Assembly: GCA_013151445.1 (NCBI GenBank) | Contig: JAADIG010000136.1 | Span: 6,383-70,382 of the forward strand | Direction of reading: 5' to 3' | Source of the DNA: Actinomycetota bacterium | GTDB lineage: Bacteria > Actinomycetota > Acidimicrobiia > Spongiisociales > UBA5794 | DNA length: 64,000 nt | Shown: positions 1-10,568 of the stretch, in pieces | Numbering within the stretch: the first letter of the stretch is position 1 | Layout: the number at the start of each line of letters is the position of its first letter | Notes under the pieces: generated by a model | What the model was told of the DNA's origin: nothing | Seen by the model: only the letters and a program-made list of their open reading frames with translations | Database searches by the model: none | Translations under genes and position numbers: made by a program

Positions 1-13
1 TGCAGCTCCCCGA

Positions 14-901
14 ATGAAGAACTGGCTCGGTTACGCCGCCTACCGAACGCTTTCGGGTCTGTTCGGGTTGCTCCCGGAACCCGCAATGCGGCATCTGGGA
101 AGTGGTGCTGGTCGATTGGCGTCGTACATGTTGCGCGAGCGGCGGCGTCTTATTCGCCTGCATCTGACACGAGTCCTCGGCGAGCCGCCACCACCGAGTT
201 TGGTTCGGGACGCGTTTGCGAGTTACGGCCGCTACTGGGCGGAGGTGTTCTGGGTGCGTCCCCGACGCAAGGCCGCATTCGTTGCTTCGGCGACTGTTGA
301 TGGCATGGAACACGTCCGTGATGCCGCCGACGCAGGAAATGGTTTGATCATGGGGCTCATTCACTCCGGCAACTGGGAAGTTTCCGGGAGCATGGCCGAA
401 GAGGTTGGTCTGAAGGCCCTTGCGGTTGTGGAAGGACTGCAAAACGAACGCATTGTTGCCTGGTTCAAGTGGTGTCGGGAGTCCATGGGCATCGACGTTG
501 TCGTGCGTGACAAGGGATCTTCGGTCACCAGGGATCTCCTCAAGAAACTGAAACAGGGAGGGATGATTGCGTTGGTCTCGGACCGGGATGTTGGTGGACG
601 GGGAGTTCCGGTGACCTTCTTCGGAGAAGAGACCACGATGCCGGCGGGCCCGGCGGCTCTCGCCGACAAGACAGGTGCGGCACTGCTACCGGTCGGCAAC
701 TTTTTCAAGGATGGGCGGGGACATCGAATCGTGGTGAGTGCACCCATCACGATGCCGACAGACATTGCGAACAAGACCGAGCGTATCGCCGAAATCACCC
801 AACGCCTCGCGAACGCCTACGAAGGGCTCATCCGTCAGCAACCTCAGGACTGGCACATCTTTTTGGAAAACTGGCCGAGCGACGCCAAGGAGCGGACATG
901 A
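14..901 (+). CDS. Lysophospholipid/PIM acyltransferase (HtrB/MsbB-type LPLAT family)
   Basis: 295-aa ORF with an acyltransferase H-x4-E box (LIHSGNWE). Its stop overlaps the start of the downstream PimA-like GT4 gene (ATGA), as for Rv2611c-pimA in mycobacteria (recalled). Confidence 0.75.
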   Translation: MKNWLGYAAYRTLSGLFGLLPEPAMRHLGSGAGRLASYMLRERRRLIRLHLTRVLGEPPPPSLVRDAFASYGRYWAEVFWVRPRRKAAFVASATVDGMEHVRDAADAGNGLIMGLIHSGNWEVSGSMAEEVGLKALAVVEGLQNERIVAWFKWCRESMGIDVVVRDKGSSVTRDLLKKLKQGGMIALVSDRDVGGRGVPVTFFGEETTMPAGPAALADKTGAALLPVGNFFKDGRGHRIVVSAPITMPTDIANKTERIAEITQRLANAYEGLIRQQPQDWHIFLENWPSDAKERT

Positions 902-1941
902 GGGTCGCCCTGGTGTCCCCTTACGACATGGGGAAACCCGGGGGTGTGCAGGACCAGGTCGCATTGCTTGCACGATGGCTCGCTCGGTCCGGTCACGACG
1001 CATACACGGTTGGTCCCGGAGAGTTGGCTGGCGACCTCGGCGAGTTCGAGCATCGCAGCGTTGGGGGGTCTAGATCTGTCAACCTGAACGGGTCCATGGT
1101 CCCCCTCGCCGTGGGCCGTGGAGTTGCCAAGAGGACGGTCGCGGCGATCGCGGATGCCGATGTCGTGCATGTTCATGAACCCTTCGTACCAAGCGTCGGT
1201 ACCGCGGCACTCAGACGTACGGCTCATCCGGTGGTGGCAACCTTTCACGCGGATCCCGCACGATGGACCCGGCGGATCTACTCGTTTGGTTCCGCGGTCG
1301 CGCGTCGTCTCGCAGCCCGTGCCGATGCTGTGACCACCGTAAGTCCCGTGTCCGCCTCTGCGATCGAATCGTTCGCCTCCTACGAAATCGTTCCGAACGC
1401 AATCGACACGTCGCTCTACACCACCGGGTCGAAGGTCGCTTCCCAGGTCATGTTCCTGGGTCGCAACGACCCGCGCAAGGGACTACAGGTACTGCTCGAA
1501 GCGTGGCCGACAGTCCACGCCGAACACCCCGAGGCATCGCTATTGGTGAACGTCGACGGCGAATCGCCGGCCCCTGGCGTGAGCTACCTCGGCCGCGTGT
1601 CCGCAGAGATGAAACGGAAGATGTACACCGAGAGCGACATCTTCTGTGCGCCGAACACGGGAGGGGAGTCCTTCGGCATTGCAATGGCTGAGGGGATGGC
1701 GGCGGGTTGTGCCATCGTTGCATCAGCTATCCCGGCGTTCGTTCACGTGGCCGGTGACAGCGGAATGTTTGTCCCGGTCGGTGATGTGCGATCGCTTGCC
1801 GATGCGTTGATCCGGATCATCGGTGATGACACCCTGCGGCGAACGAACCAGGCAGCGGCGATCGAACGGGCGTCACAGTTCGCGATCGATCGTGTTGGGA
1901 TGGCGTACCTTGCTACCTATGAACGTGTCCTCGATCGTTGA
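898..1941 (+). CDS. pimA: GT4 family glycosyltransferase, PimA-like phosphatidylinositol mannosyltransferase
   Basis: 347-aa ORF. The N-terminus MRVALVSPYDMGKPGGVQ resembles the PimA N-terminus, and the C-terminal GGESFGIAMAEGMAAG is a GT-B motif. Synteny is acyltransferase-GT4-pdxS. Confidence 0.7.
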   Translation: MRVALVSPYDMGKPGGVQDQVALLARWLARSGHDAYTVGPGELAGDLGEFEHRSVGGSRSVNLNGSMVPLAVGRGVAKRTVAAIADADVVHVHEPFVPSVGTAALRRTAHPVVATFHADPARWTRRIYSFGSAVARRLAARADAVTTVSPVSASAIESFASYEIVPNAIDTSLYTTGSKVASQVMFLGRNDPRKGLQVLLEAWPTVHAEHPEASLLVNVDGESPAPGVSYLGRVSAEMKRKMYTESDIFCAPNTGGESFGIAMAEGMAAGCAIVASAIPAFVHVAGDSGMFVPVGDVRSLADALIRIIGDDTLRRTNQAAAIERASQFAIDRVGMAYLATYERVLDR

Positions 1942-2064
1942 TCGCGATGGGTCGGCCGCTACGTTTACCGGGGCGATGTGGCCACTGCGCGAGCACGGCG
2001 TTTCGGCTGCGGGTCATTTCAAGTATTCTGCAGGGGGCAATTTGCTCGTGAAGGAGACCGTCCT

Positions 2065-2958
2065 GTGAACACCCCTGCTGCCGAACGAGGCACAGACACC
2101 GTCAAGCGTGGTTTGGCTGAGATGTTGAAGGGTGGCGTCATCATGGACGTCGTCAACGTCGAGCAGGCGAAGATCGCCGAAGCAGCCGGAGCCGTCGCCG
2201 TGATGGCGCTTGAGAGAGTCCCGGCAGATATTCGAGCGGTCGGTGGGGTTGCCCGGATGGCGGACCCGAGCATTGTCGAGGGGATCGTCGCTGCGGTCGA
2301 GATCCCTGTCATGGCGAAATCGCGAATCGGCCACTTTGTTGAAGCCCAGATTCTCGCATCGCTCGGTGTCGATTACATCGACGAGAGCGAGGTGCTGTCA
2401 CCCGTAGATGAGTTCCATATCGACAAGTGGTCGTACGACGTTCCGTTTGTTTGCGGGGCGAAGGATCTTGGTGAAGCACTTCGGCGAATCGGTGAGGGTG
2501 CCGCGATGATCCGGACAAAGGGCGAACCCGGAACCGGCGACGTTGTGGAAGCGGTGCGTCATATGCGCACTATGACCTCCCAGATTCGAGCCCTAACAGT
2601 GCTCGGATCAGATGAGATCATGAGTGCAGCGAAGGACCTGGCCGCACCGTATGCGCTTGTCAAAGAAGTTGCCAGCACCGGCAAGCTTCCGGTCGTGAAC
2701 TTTGCCGCCGGCGGCATCGCAACCCCGGCCGACGCCGCCTTGATGATGCAGCTCGGTTGTGACGGGATCTTTGTAGGGTCCGGAATCTTCAAGTCCGGTG
2801 ACCCCGATGCTCGCGCCAAAGCGATCGTCGAAGCAACCACGTTTTACAAAGACGCCGCCAAGATTGCGAAGGTATCCCGCAACCTGGGTGAGGCAATGGT
2901 GGGCCTCAACATCGATACGTTGAGTCCCCAGGAGCTTATGCAACACCGAGGACTCTGA
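2065..2958 (+). CDS. pdxS: Pyridoxal 5'-phosphate synthase lyase subunit PdxS
   Basis: The translation [18 protein letters not shown]...[23 protein letters not shown] is a PdxS hallmark. GTG 2065 is preceded by AAGGAG (2051-2056). The ORF-track start at 1978 is an upstream extension. Confidence 0.95.
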   Translation: MNTPAAERGTDTVKRGLAEMLKGGVIMDVVNVEQAKIAEAAGAVAVMALERVPADIRAVGGVARMADPSIVEGIVAAVEIPVMAKSRIGHFVEAQILASLGVDYIDESEVLSPVDEFHIDKWSYDVPFVCGAKDLGEALRRIGEGAAMIRTKGEPGTGDVVEAVRHMRTMTSQIRALTVLGSDEIMSAAKDLAAPYALVKEVASTGKLPVVNFAAGGIATPADAALMMQLGCDGIFVGSGIFKSGDPDARAKAIVEATTFYKDAAKIAKVSRNLGEAMVGLNIDTLSPQELMQHRGL

Positions 2959-2960
2959 CG

Positions 2961-3566
2961 ATGCCACGTGTTGGGGCGCTTGCGCTTCAAGGCGATTTTC
3001 GTGAACACCTCGCCATGATTGCCGAGCTTGGTGCTGAGGGTGTTGAGGTCCGCACCCCCGAGGAGTTGGACGGGATCGACTGTCTCATCATCCCTGGTGG
3101 AGAGTCGACGGCGATTGCTCGCCTGGCGGTTCGTTACGAGATGATGGAGCCACTGCGCAACAGAATTTTGGATGGCATGCCGGTTCTTGGGACCTGTGCG
3201 GGGATGATCTTTCTCGGTACGGCTACGACCGGCAAACCTCAACCCCAGCTCGGGGTGCTTGATGTGGCCGTTGCGCGTAACGCCTTCGGCCGGCAACAGG
3301 AATCTTTCGAGGCCAACCTCGATGTCAAGGGGTTCGACAGACCGATGCGAGCCGTGTTCATACGGGCCCCGTGGATCGAAAGCGTGGGTCCCGGTGTGGA
3401 TGTGCTGGCCACAGTCTTCGACCCGGTCAGCGGTCGCGAGTTTCCCGTGTTCGTGCGCGCCGGTAACGTCTTAGCGATCTCTTTTCACCCAGAACTGACA
3501 AACGACGCTCGGGTCCACGAATTGTTGCTCTCCCTCGTGGCACCGGGAATTGACGAGGAGCGCTGA
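2961..3566 (+). CDS. pdxT: PLP synthase glutaminase subunit PdxT
   Basis: 201-aa class I glutamine amidotransferase (GTCAGMI nucleophile elbow, FHPEL) immediately after pdxS. Confidence 0.95.
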   Translation: MPRVGALALQGDFREHLAMIAELGAEGVEVRTPEELDGIDCLIIPGGESTAIARLAVRYEMMEPLRNRILDGMPVLGTCAGMIFLGTATTGKPQPQLGVLDVAVARNAFGRQQESFEANLDVKGFDRPMRAVFIRAPWIESVGPGVDVLATVFDPVSGREFPVFVRAGNVLAISFHPELTNDARVHELLLSLVAPGIDEER

Positions 3567-4306
3567 TGGCGGGACATTCGAAGTGGGCGAACATCAAACA
3601 CCGCAAGGGCCGCCAGGACGCCAAGCGGGGCAAGCTGTTTGCAAAGTTGATTCGTGCGATCGAAGCCGCCGCACGTAACGGTGGCAGTGACATCAATGCC
3701 AATGCGACCCTGGCCACGGCCGTGCAAAAGGCGAAGGACAATTCGGTCCCGAAAGACAACATCGATCGAGCGGTCGCCCGCGGTGCTGGCGAACTTGACG
3801 GCATTGCCTACGAAGAGATCTGGTACGAGGGTTACGCCGCGGGTGGCGTGGCAGTGTACGTCCATGTACTCACAGACAACCGGAACCGCAGTTCCTCCGA
3901 TGTGCGGTCGGCGTTCTCCAAGAACGGTGGGAGTCTCGGTGAGCCTGGTTCGGTGGGATACCTTTTCCAACAGAAGGGCCTCATCGTTGCCACGGGTGAT
4001 GAGGACACGGTCATGATGGCCGCACTTGAGGGTGGTGCCGAAGACATCATCACAGCAGACGATCGTTTCGAGATCACCACCGAAGCGGGGGATCTAGTGA
4101 TCGTCAGGGCTGCGCTCGAGGATGCCGATGTCACGATCGAGCAGGCAGAGGTCACCCAGCTCCCAACGATGTCGGTGGATCTCGACGCTCCCGGGGCAGC
4201 GAAGGTTCTCCGGCTCATTGACGCGTTAGAAGATCTCGACGACGTGCAAGATGTGTATGCGAACTTCGATGTCGCCGACGAGGTGCTCGCACAACTCGAC
4301 GAGTGA
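3566..4306 (+). CDS. yebC: YebC/PmpR family transcriptional regulator
   Basis: The N-terminus [25 protein letters not shown] is the invariant YebC N-terminus. The product is 246 aa, and its start overlaps the pdxT stop by 1 nt. Confidence 0.95.
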   Translation: MAGHSKWANIKHRKGRQDAKRGKLFAKLIRAIEAAARNGGSDINANATLATAVQKAKDNSVPKDNIDRAVARGAGELDGIAYEEIWYEGYAAGGVAVYVHVLTDNRNRSSSDVRSAFSKNGGSLGEPGSVGYLFQQKGLIVATGDEDTVMMAALEGGAEDIITADDRFEITTEAGDLVIVRAALEDADVTIEQAEVTQLPTMSVDLDAPGAAKVLRLIDALEDLDDVQDVYANFDVADEVLAQLDE

Positions 4307-4352
4307 CGCGAACGTTGAGTGTTGGCCGCCACTGCGGTAGGGTGGGGAACAC

Positions 4353-4850
4353 ATGTTCGTACTTGGCATAGATCCCGGTCTCTCAACCACTGGCTATGGG
4401 CTGGTGGAAACATCGCGTGGTGTTATGCGAGCCGTCACGGCCGGAGTCATCCGGACCGATCCTGCGGACCAGATCGCACACCGTCTCGCAGAGCTGGAAC
4501 GGGACCTTGTCGGTCTTGTTGACGAATACCAGATTGATGAGGCCGCCCTCGAGACCGTCTTTGTCAACAAGAACCGTCAGTCGGCGATGAGCGTGCTGCG
4601 AGCCTCTGGGGTGGCGTTGATGGTTTTGGGACGGAGGCGTATTCCGGTCACCGAGTACACGCCGAGCCAGGTGAAGGCATCTCTTGCGGGATTCGGGGGT
4701 GCAGATAAACAGCAGATGCAGCGCATGGTGCAGAGTCGGCTGAACCTTCCTGATCTTCCCCGCCCGGCCGACGCCGCTGATGCGCTGGCGATTGCAATGT
4801 GCCACGCGCAGTCTTTGCGGATGAACCGTGCGGTGGAGCGTGCCCGATGA
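4353..4850 (+). CDS. ruvC: Crossover junction endodeoxyribonuclease RuvC
   Basis: The N-terminus MFVLGIDPGLSTTGYG is the RuvC catalytic-Asp N-terminus. The product is 165 aa and the gene lies upstream of ruvA/ruvB. Confidence 0.95.
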   Translation: MFVLGIDPGLSTTGYGLVETSRGVMRAVTAGVIRTDPADQIAHRLAELERDLVGLVDEYQIDEAALETVFVNKNRQSAMSVLRASGVALMVLGRRRIPVTEYTPSQVKASLAGFGGADKQQMQRMVQSRLNLPDLPRPADAADALAIAMCHAQSLRMNRAVERAR

Positions 4851-5428
4851 TCGGTCGGCTGCGCGGAGTCATCGCCCAAAAGGAGTTCGACACCGTCCTG
4901 GTCGAGGTCGGCGGGGTCGGCTACGTAGTAACCATTCCACCCAAGGTTCACGGTGAATTGCCGGCGGTTGGGTCCGAGGCGGTCCTCCATATCCACACGC
5001 ATGTGCGTGAGGACCAGCTTGCCTTGTACGGTTTCGCGACGGCCGAGCAACGCGACGTGTTTCGGATTCTGATCGCGGTATCCGGTATCGGGCCAAAAGT
5101 AGGGATCGCCATCCTCGGTACTCTCGACGTGTCCAGCCTGCGTCGCGCGGTCGTCACCGACGACGTCGACACCCTCACGACGGTTCCAGGTATCGGGAAG
5201 CGCTCCGCACAGAAACTCCTGATCGAGCTCAAGCCAAAGATGGATCTTCCGGATGCGGAGGTCGTTCCCGGCACCAGTTCCGTGTTAGTCGAGGTACGTG
5301 ACGCACTTGCCGGACTCGGGTACCAGCCTGCTGAGATCAGGTCGGCGGTTGTTGGGTTGCCAGATGAAGGCACTGTTGAGGTGCTCCTCAGATTGGCGCT
5401 ACGAAGTCTCGGAGCCAACAATGCGTGA
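4847..5428 (+). CDS. ruvA: Holliday junction DNA helicase RuvA
   Basis: MIGRLRGV... is the canonical RuvA start, and HhH motifs are present ([16 protein letters not shown]). ATG 4847 overlaps the ruvC stop (ATGA). The ORF-track start at 4799 is an extension. Confidence 0.93.
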   Translation: MIGRLRGVIAQKEFDTVLVEVGGVGYVVTIPPKVHGELPAVGSEAVLHIHTHVREDQLALYGFATAEQRDVFRILIAVSGIGPKVGIAILGTLDVSSLRRAVVTDDVDTLTTVPGIGKRSAQKLLIELKPKMDLPDAEVVPGTSSVLVEVRDALAGLGYQPAEIRSAVVGLPDEGTVEVLLRLALRSLGANNA

Positions 5429-6473
5429 AGAGGGAATACTGTCGACGGACTCGTTGCCGAGCGACGATGTAGTCGAACTTTCACTTCGCCCGCGGACGCT
5501 CGACGAATTCGTTGGCCAGCACGGTCTGAAGGAACGTCTCGGGATTCTGATCGAGGCGGCTCGAACCCGCAACGAGAGTGTCGACCATCTGCTGTTTTCC
5601 GGTCCGCCCGGACTCGGCAAGACATCGCTGGCATCGATCGTCGCTCACGAAATGGGTGCAAACCTGCGGGCCACATCGGGTCCGGCAATCGAACGGCCCG
5701 GTGACCTTGCGGCGGTCATCACGAACCTTGATCACGGTGATGTACTTTTCATCGACGAGGTGCATCGTCTCCCCCGTCAGGTCGAAGAGGTGCTGTACTC
5801 GGCCATGGAGGATTTCCAGTTGGATATCGTCGTAGGGAAGGGACCCGCGGCCCGATCGATTCGTCTTGATGTTCCCCAGTTCACTCTCGTCGGCGCCACC
5901 ACACGCGTGGGTCGGGTCGCCCCGCCGCTCCGCGACAGGTTCGGGTACATCGCAAGGCTTGACTACTACGACGACGAGTCGTTGGGGTTGATCGTGGAAC
6001 GGGCAGCAAAGATCCTCGGAGTTGTCATCGACTCTGTAAGTGGTCACGTGATCGCGGGCCGCAGCCGAGGTACGCCGCGTATTGCCAATCGACTGCTGCG
6101 TCGTGTTCGTGACTACGCAAGTGTGCGGGCGGAGGGGACCATCGACCCGGAGATTACAGACCTCGCGCTCGGTGTTTTCGAGGTAGATAGCGAGGGGCTC
6201 GACAAGGTCGACCGGTTCATTCTGCGTGCACTCATAGAAAAGTTCGAGGGGGGACCTGTGGGGCTGTCAACACTCGCAATAGCCGTGGGCGAAGAACCCG
6301 AGACAGTGGAGGATGCTTACGAGCCGTTCCTTCTACAGATGGGACTGCTCAAGCGAACGGCACGGGGTCGCGTCGCCACAGCGCGGGCCTATCAGCATCT
6401 CGGTATTGCACCGCCAGACCCAGAGGCAACACCAGTTGCGGACCAGCAGTCCGTGCTGGATTTGCGGGAGTAG
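5421..6473 (+). CDS. ruvB: Holliday junction DNA helicase RuvB
   Basis: [12 protein letters not shown]...[11 protein letters not shown]...FIDEVHRL are AAA+ RuvB motifs. ATG 5421 overlaps the ruvA end by 8 nt. Confidence 0.95.
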   Translation: MREEGILSTDSLPSDDVVELSLRPRTLDEFVGQHGLKERLGILIEAARTRNESVDHLLFSGPPGLGKTSLASIVAHEMGANLRATSGPAIERPGDLAAVITNLDHGDVLFIDEVHRLPRQVEEVLYSAMEDFQLDIVVGKGPAARSIRLDVPQFTLVGATTRVGRVAPPLRDRFGYIARLDYYDDESLGLIVERAAKILGVVIDSVSGHVIAGRSRGTPRIANRLLRRVRDYASVRAEGTIDPEITDLALGVFEVDSEGLDKVDRFILRALIEKFEGGPVGLSTLAIAVGEEPETVEDAYEPFLLQMGLLKRTARGRVATARAYQHLGIAPPDPEATPVADQQSVLDLRE

Positions 6474-6486
6474 CCTGCACCTCGAC

Positions 6487-7503
6487 ATGCAGGCCTCTGA
6501 TTTTTCCTACAACCTTCCCGAGTCGTCCATCGCCCAGTACGCGATCGAGCCGCGAGATGCGGCGCGGCTCCTCGTGACGTCGAACCTTGCGTCTCACCGG
6601 TTCGCCGACCTCCCCCAGCTCCTTCGTGCAGGGGACCTTCTCGTCGTCAACCGAACCCGAGTACGTGCAGCGCGGCTGCGTGCGGTGCGAGACGAGTCCC
6701 TGGGATCCGTCGAGGTATTGCTCACGAAACGTGTGGATGAGGAACGCTGGGAGGCACTGTTTCGGCCTGCGCGTCGTATCAGGACCGGCGTGACCTTAAA
6801 GGCCGGCGATATATCCATCGAAGTGCTCGGTGATCCAACACTTGGTGTCGCAACCGTCCGGCTCGGAGCGTCCGGTGATCTTGAAGCGGCGATAGCGGAG
6901 TCCGGAGAGATCCCGTTGCCGCCGTACTTTCATGGTGCACTCGCCGACGATGAGCGCTATCAAACGATGTTCGCGGAAACGATCGGCTCAGCGGCGGCGC
7001 CAACTTCTGCGCTGCACTTCACACCGAAGGTTGTCGCCGACCTCACCGAGAGCGGAGTCGGCATCGTCACTATCGACCTCGAGGTCGGTCTCGACACGTT
7101 CCGCCCCATGGCTGATGGCTGGGTAGCCGATCATCTCATCCACCGAGAGGCCTTTTCGGTATCCGCGGAAACTGCCGCGGCGGTGAATGCGACCAGGAGT
7201 CGCGGTAGCCGCGTCATTGCAGTCGGGACAACCGTGGTGCGAACGCTCGAGACCGCCGTCGGGCCAGACGGCAACCTGAGGGCGATGACGGGGGAGAGTG
7301 ATTTGTTCATCGTGCCCGGGTTTCAACCACGATTGGTGGATGCGATGATCACGAACTTTCATGCACCACAGACGACGTTGATCGTGATGATTGCGGCGTT
7401 TCTCGGCAACCGATGGAGAAACGTCTACGATCACGCCCTCGCCGAGAACTACCGGTTCCTGTCTTTTGGAGACTCCATGTTCATTGACAAGTTCGTCCGA
7501 TGA
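6487..7503 (+). CDS. queA: S-adenosylmethionine:tRNA ribosyltransferase-isomerase QueA
   Basis: MQASDFSYNLPESSIAQ...PLPPYF...HFTP...TNFHAPQTTL are QueA signatures. The ATG at 6487 is internal to the ORF-track ORF starting at 6313. Confidence 0.93.
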   Translation: MQASDFSYNLPESSIAQYAIEPRDAARLLVTSNLASHRFADLPQLLRAGDLLVVNRTRVRAARLRAVRDESLGSVEVLLTKRVDEERWEALFRPARRIRTGVTLKAGDISIEVLGDPTLGVATVRLGASGDLEAAIAESGEIPLPPYFHGALADDERYQTMFAETIGSAAAPTSALHFTPKVVADLTESGVGIVTIDLEVGLDTFRPMADGWVADHLIHREAFSVSAETAAAVNATRSRGSRVIAVGTTVVRTLETAVGPDGNLRAMTGESDLFIVPGFQPRLVDAMITNFHAPQTTLIVMIAAFLGNRWRNVYDHALAENYRFLSFGDSMFIDKFVR

Positions 7504-8597
7504 GCGTGGTCACATGGTCCGCGGAGAGGACGAGCGGGTCTGCGCGGACCGGAACCCTGCAAACCCCTCACGGTGACATCCCCACACCAGCGTTCATGCC
7601 CGTAGGCACCCGGGCGACCGTAAAGGGGGTGGACCGCAATGATCTGATTGCGTGTGGGGCGGACATCATATTGGCGAACACCTACCACCTCATGTTGCGC
7701 CCCGGCGAGGGAGTCGTGAAGGGCCTAGGCGGTCTTCACGGTTTCGCTGCGTGGGAGCGTCCGATCCTGACCGACTCCGGTGGGTTTCAGATTTTCTCGT
7801 TGTCGTCCAAAGTGACCGAGGAGGGAGTGGCCTTCCGCTCGACCTATGACGGTTCTCCAGTCATGCTCACTCCCGAACGGGCGATTCAGGTGCAGGAGGA
7901 CCTCGGTGCCGATATCGCGATGGTTCTTGACGTGCTCGTCGGGCTGCCCGCCGAGCGCAGCGTGCTCGACAGCGCCGTCGAACGCACACTGCGGTGGACG
8001 GAGCGGGCGCTCGGTGCCAAACGTCGCGACGATCGAGCGGTGTTTGGCATTGTCCAGGGAGGCGTAGACCCGGTGCTCCGAAGAAAGTCGGCACGTGGAA
8101 CCGCCTCGCTCGACGTAGCCGGATTCGGGATCGGTGGCCTTTCGGTCGGCGAGACTGGCCACGAATGCAACGCCGCAATCGAAGCTACGGTGCCGGAACT
8201 CCCGGACGACAAGGTTCGGTACGTGATGGGTCTCGGTGACACGGAGGGGATGCTTGATGCGATCGAGCGCGGTGTCGACCTCTTTGATTGTGTACTACCA
8301 ACACGACTTGCTCGACACGGCAAGGTGCTGAGTCGCAGCGGCGACTACTCGATCAAGAAGGCGGAATGGGTGTCTTCGGCGGATCCTCTCATGCCGGGAT
8401 GTACCTGTTACACGTGTGCGACCTACAGCAGAGGGTATGTTCGCCACCTCTTCAACACGAAAGAACTGCTCGCGCTTCGCCTTGCGACGATACACAACCT
8501 GACGTACACGCTGACCCTTATGGCGGATGCGCGTCAGGCGATTCTCGATGACCGATACGCCAGTTTTTCTGCCGAGGTGAAGGACCGACGGCTTTGA
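7500..8597 (+). CDS. tgt: Queuine tRNA-ribosyltransferase
   Basis: TPHGDIPTPAFMPVGT...ILANTYHL...DSGGFQ plus the zinc site CTCYTC are Tgt signatures. The start overlaps the queA stop (ATGA). Confidence 0.95.
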   Translation: MSVVTWSAERTSGSARTGTLQTPHGDIPTPAFMPVGTRATVKGVDRNDLIACGADIILANTYHLMLRPGEGVVKGLGGLHGFAAWERPILTDSGGFQIFSLSSKVTEEGVAFRSTYDGSPVMLTPERAIQVQEDLGADIAMVLDVLVGLPAERSVLDSAVERTLRWTERALGAKRRDDRAVFGIVQGGVDPVLRRKSARGTASLDVAGFGIGGLSVGETGHECNAAIEATVPELPDDKVRYVMGLGDTEGMLDAIERGVDLFDCVLPTRLARHGKVLSRSGDYSIKKAEWVSSADPLMPGCTCYTCATYSRGYVRHLFNTKELLALRLATIHNLTYTLTLMADARQAILDDRYASFSAEVKDRRL

Positions 8598-8682
8598 GAC
8601 TTTTAGACTGCGCCGACCAGGTCTAACCTAGAGGGTCAACGTCCCGCACGTTGTTAACCCTCGGAAAGCTGTTGGAGGAAAA

Positions 8683-9006
8683 GTGCTGCCTGTTGCGTTT
8701 CAAATAGTGGCTCAGGCTGAAGAAGGAACGGGGTCAACCTCGTCTCTTACTGCGTTGCTGCCGATTCTGATCATCGGGGTCCTGTTCTACGTCCTGATGA
8801 TCCTTCCACAGCGCCGTCGTGTGAAGGCCGCCGAGAAGCTGCGGGACTCCGTCAGTGTTGGTGATGAAATCCGGTCGGTTGGCGGGATCTATGGGACCAT
8901 CATTGAACTCGGGGACGATGACATCACGATCGAGGTCGCCCCGGGATCAACAATTCGAATGACCCGGCGTGCAATCGGGGAACGGCTCGGAGGCGCGGGC
9001 GAATGA
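8683..9006 (+). CDS. yajC: Preprotein translocase subunit YajC
   Basis: 107-aa ORF with a single TM helix followed by ILPQRRR..K and GD.I.S.GGIYGTI. GGAGGA lies upstream of the GTG. The gene is followed by secD/secF. Confidence 0.85.
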   Translation: MLPVAFQIVAQAEEGTGSTSSLTALLPILIIGVLFYVLMILPQRRRVKAAEKLRDSVSVGDEIRSVGGIYGTIIELGDDDITIEVAPGSTIRMTRRAIGERLGGAGE

Positions 9007-10568
9007 AACGCAACTTTCTCGTCAGGGCCCTTGCCGCCGCCCTTTTTTCATGGCTCCTGCTCGGTGGCCTCATCGCGGCCGGTGATACGCCAAAACTGGG
9101 GTTGGACCTCCGTGGTGGATTCTCCGTCGTACTCGAAGCACCCGCCGGCACTGATCCAGAGGTCATGGCGAAGGCCGTCGAGATCATGCGGCAGCGCATT
9201 GAAGGTCTTGGTGGGGTCCAGGAACCGGAGATTTCCGTCCAGGGCGACAACTCGATTCTGGTTCAGCTCCCCGGGGTTGAGAATCGTGAAAGGGCCCTCG
9301 AAGCCGTAGGAACGACCGGCACCTTGTCGTTCAGGCCGGTCCTGGCGCGGAGTTTTGTGAGTCCGGCGTTCCAGGACGGGACACTACCGCTACCCGACGC
9401 ACTGCAAACAACCTCGACGCTGCCCGACACGGCGCCAACGACCACCGTGCCTGGGACCGAAACGACAACGACTACGACCATTCCCGACTCGGGTAACGCA
9501 ACGCCCATCCCCGACAACCTTGATCCCGAAACTGGATTGACGATCTCCGACGAGCCGAACCAGACTTCGTATCTCGCAGGGGACGACGGGTTTGTCTACG
9601 AGGTAGGCCCGGCTTTTCTCACCGGTAGCGACATCACCGGGGCAACTCCTCAGTTCGGCCAGCAGACCGGTGGCAGGTGGGTGGTGATTCCACAGTTCAC
9701 TTCCGACGGAGCGAAAAAGTTTGAAGACGGAACGGCATCTCTCACGCTGTTCCCACCGAATGATCCTCGCCGTGCCATGGCGATCGTGGTCGATGGGATC
9801 GTAACTTCGGCACCCACGATCGATAGCCGGCTCCAAGCGGGCGAATCGCTCAACGCTTCTGGAGTGCAGATCACGATCGGTTCGTCCGACGACCCGCAGG
9901 CAGAGGCCCAGGACCTTGCATCGATCCTGCGTTATGGTGCCCTGCCCACTGAGCTGGTTCGTCAGCAACTGGAATCCGTGTCGGCGAGCCTTGGTTCGGA
10001 TTCGCTGCGGGCTGGCTTGATAGCGGGGCTTGCGGGCCTCATCGTCGTCGCGTTCGCTCTCGTGGCGTACTACCGGATCCTTGGGGTTGTAGCCGTTGTT
10101 GGCCTGACGATCTTCGGTTCTCTCCTGATCGCAGCTCTGATCTTGATGGGCAACCTACAGGGAACCACACTTACGCTTGCGGGGGTCACTGGAATCATCG
10201 TCTCCGTCGGAATTACGTCGGACTCCTATATCGTATTTTTCGAACGTATCAAGGAGGAGCACCGCAAGGGGAGACCGCTGCGGCCGTCCGTCGATCAGGG
10301 ATTCGATAAGGCATTCTCCACGATTCTCAAAGGTGACACCGTGACATTCATCGGGTCCGTCTTGTTGTGGCTCTTGGCGATCGGACCGGTGAAGGGGTTT
10401 GCGATCACACTCGGTGTGGCGACCGTTATCGATGTCATCGTCGCCTACTACTTCACACGTCCAGCCGTCATGTACCTCGTGCGATCGAAACTCGGTGAAG
10501 GCGGGAAGTTCAGCATCCGGGGTGCAACCGGGAGAACTAAGGACGAGATCACGGGGGTGACAGCATGA
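9003..10568 (+). CDS. secD: Protein translocase subunit SecD
   Basis: 521-aa ORF with LGLDLRGG and a C-terminal 6-TM SecD/F domain. It carries a T/P-rich periplasmic insert. The start overlaps the yajC stop. Confidence 0.95.
   Translation: MKRNFLVRALAAALFSWLLLGGLIAAGDTPKLGLDLRGGFSVVLEAPAGTDPEVMAKAVEIMRQRIEGLGGVQEPEISVQGDNSILVQLPGVENRERALEAVGTTGTLSFRPVLARSFVSPAFQDGTLPLPDALQTTSTLPDTAPTTTVPGTETTTTTTIPDSGNATPIPDNLDPETGLTISDEPNQTSYLAGDDGFVYEVGPAFLTGSDITGATPQFGQQTGGRWVVIPQFTSDGAKKFEDGTASLTLFPPNDPRRAMAIVVDGIVTSAPTIDSRLQAGESLNASGVQITIGSSDDPQAEAQDLASILRYGALPTELVRQQLESVSASLGSDSLRAGLIAGLAGLIVVAFALVAYYRILGVVAVVGLTIFGSLLIAALILMGNLQGTTLTLAGVTGIIVSVGITSDSYIVFFERIKEEHRKGRPLRPSVDQGFDKAFSTILKGDTVTFIGSVLLWLLAIGPVKGFAITLGVATVIDVIVAYYFTRPAVMYLVRSKLGEGGKFSIRGATGRTKDEITGVTA

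Noticed and set aside
1978-2064. Upstream extensions of ORF-track starts: pdxS 1978, ruvA 4799, ruvB 5298, queA 6313, aroC 38123, efp 41961, carB 46811, mihF 51788, rpoZ 52750, rpe 59647
   Set aside because: The extended N-termini overlap upstream genes or terminators and add non-homologous residues before canonical family N-termini. Internal starts with an SD or with stop/start overlaps were preferred.
9400-9560. Thr/Pro-rich low-complexity stretch in SecD (TTSTLPDTAPTTTVPGTETTTTTTIPDSG...)
   Set aside because: It is in frame within a well-supported secD and is not a nucleotide tandem repeat. Such linker inserts in the SecD periplasmic domain are common in actinobacteria, so I did not treat it as a separate feature.
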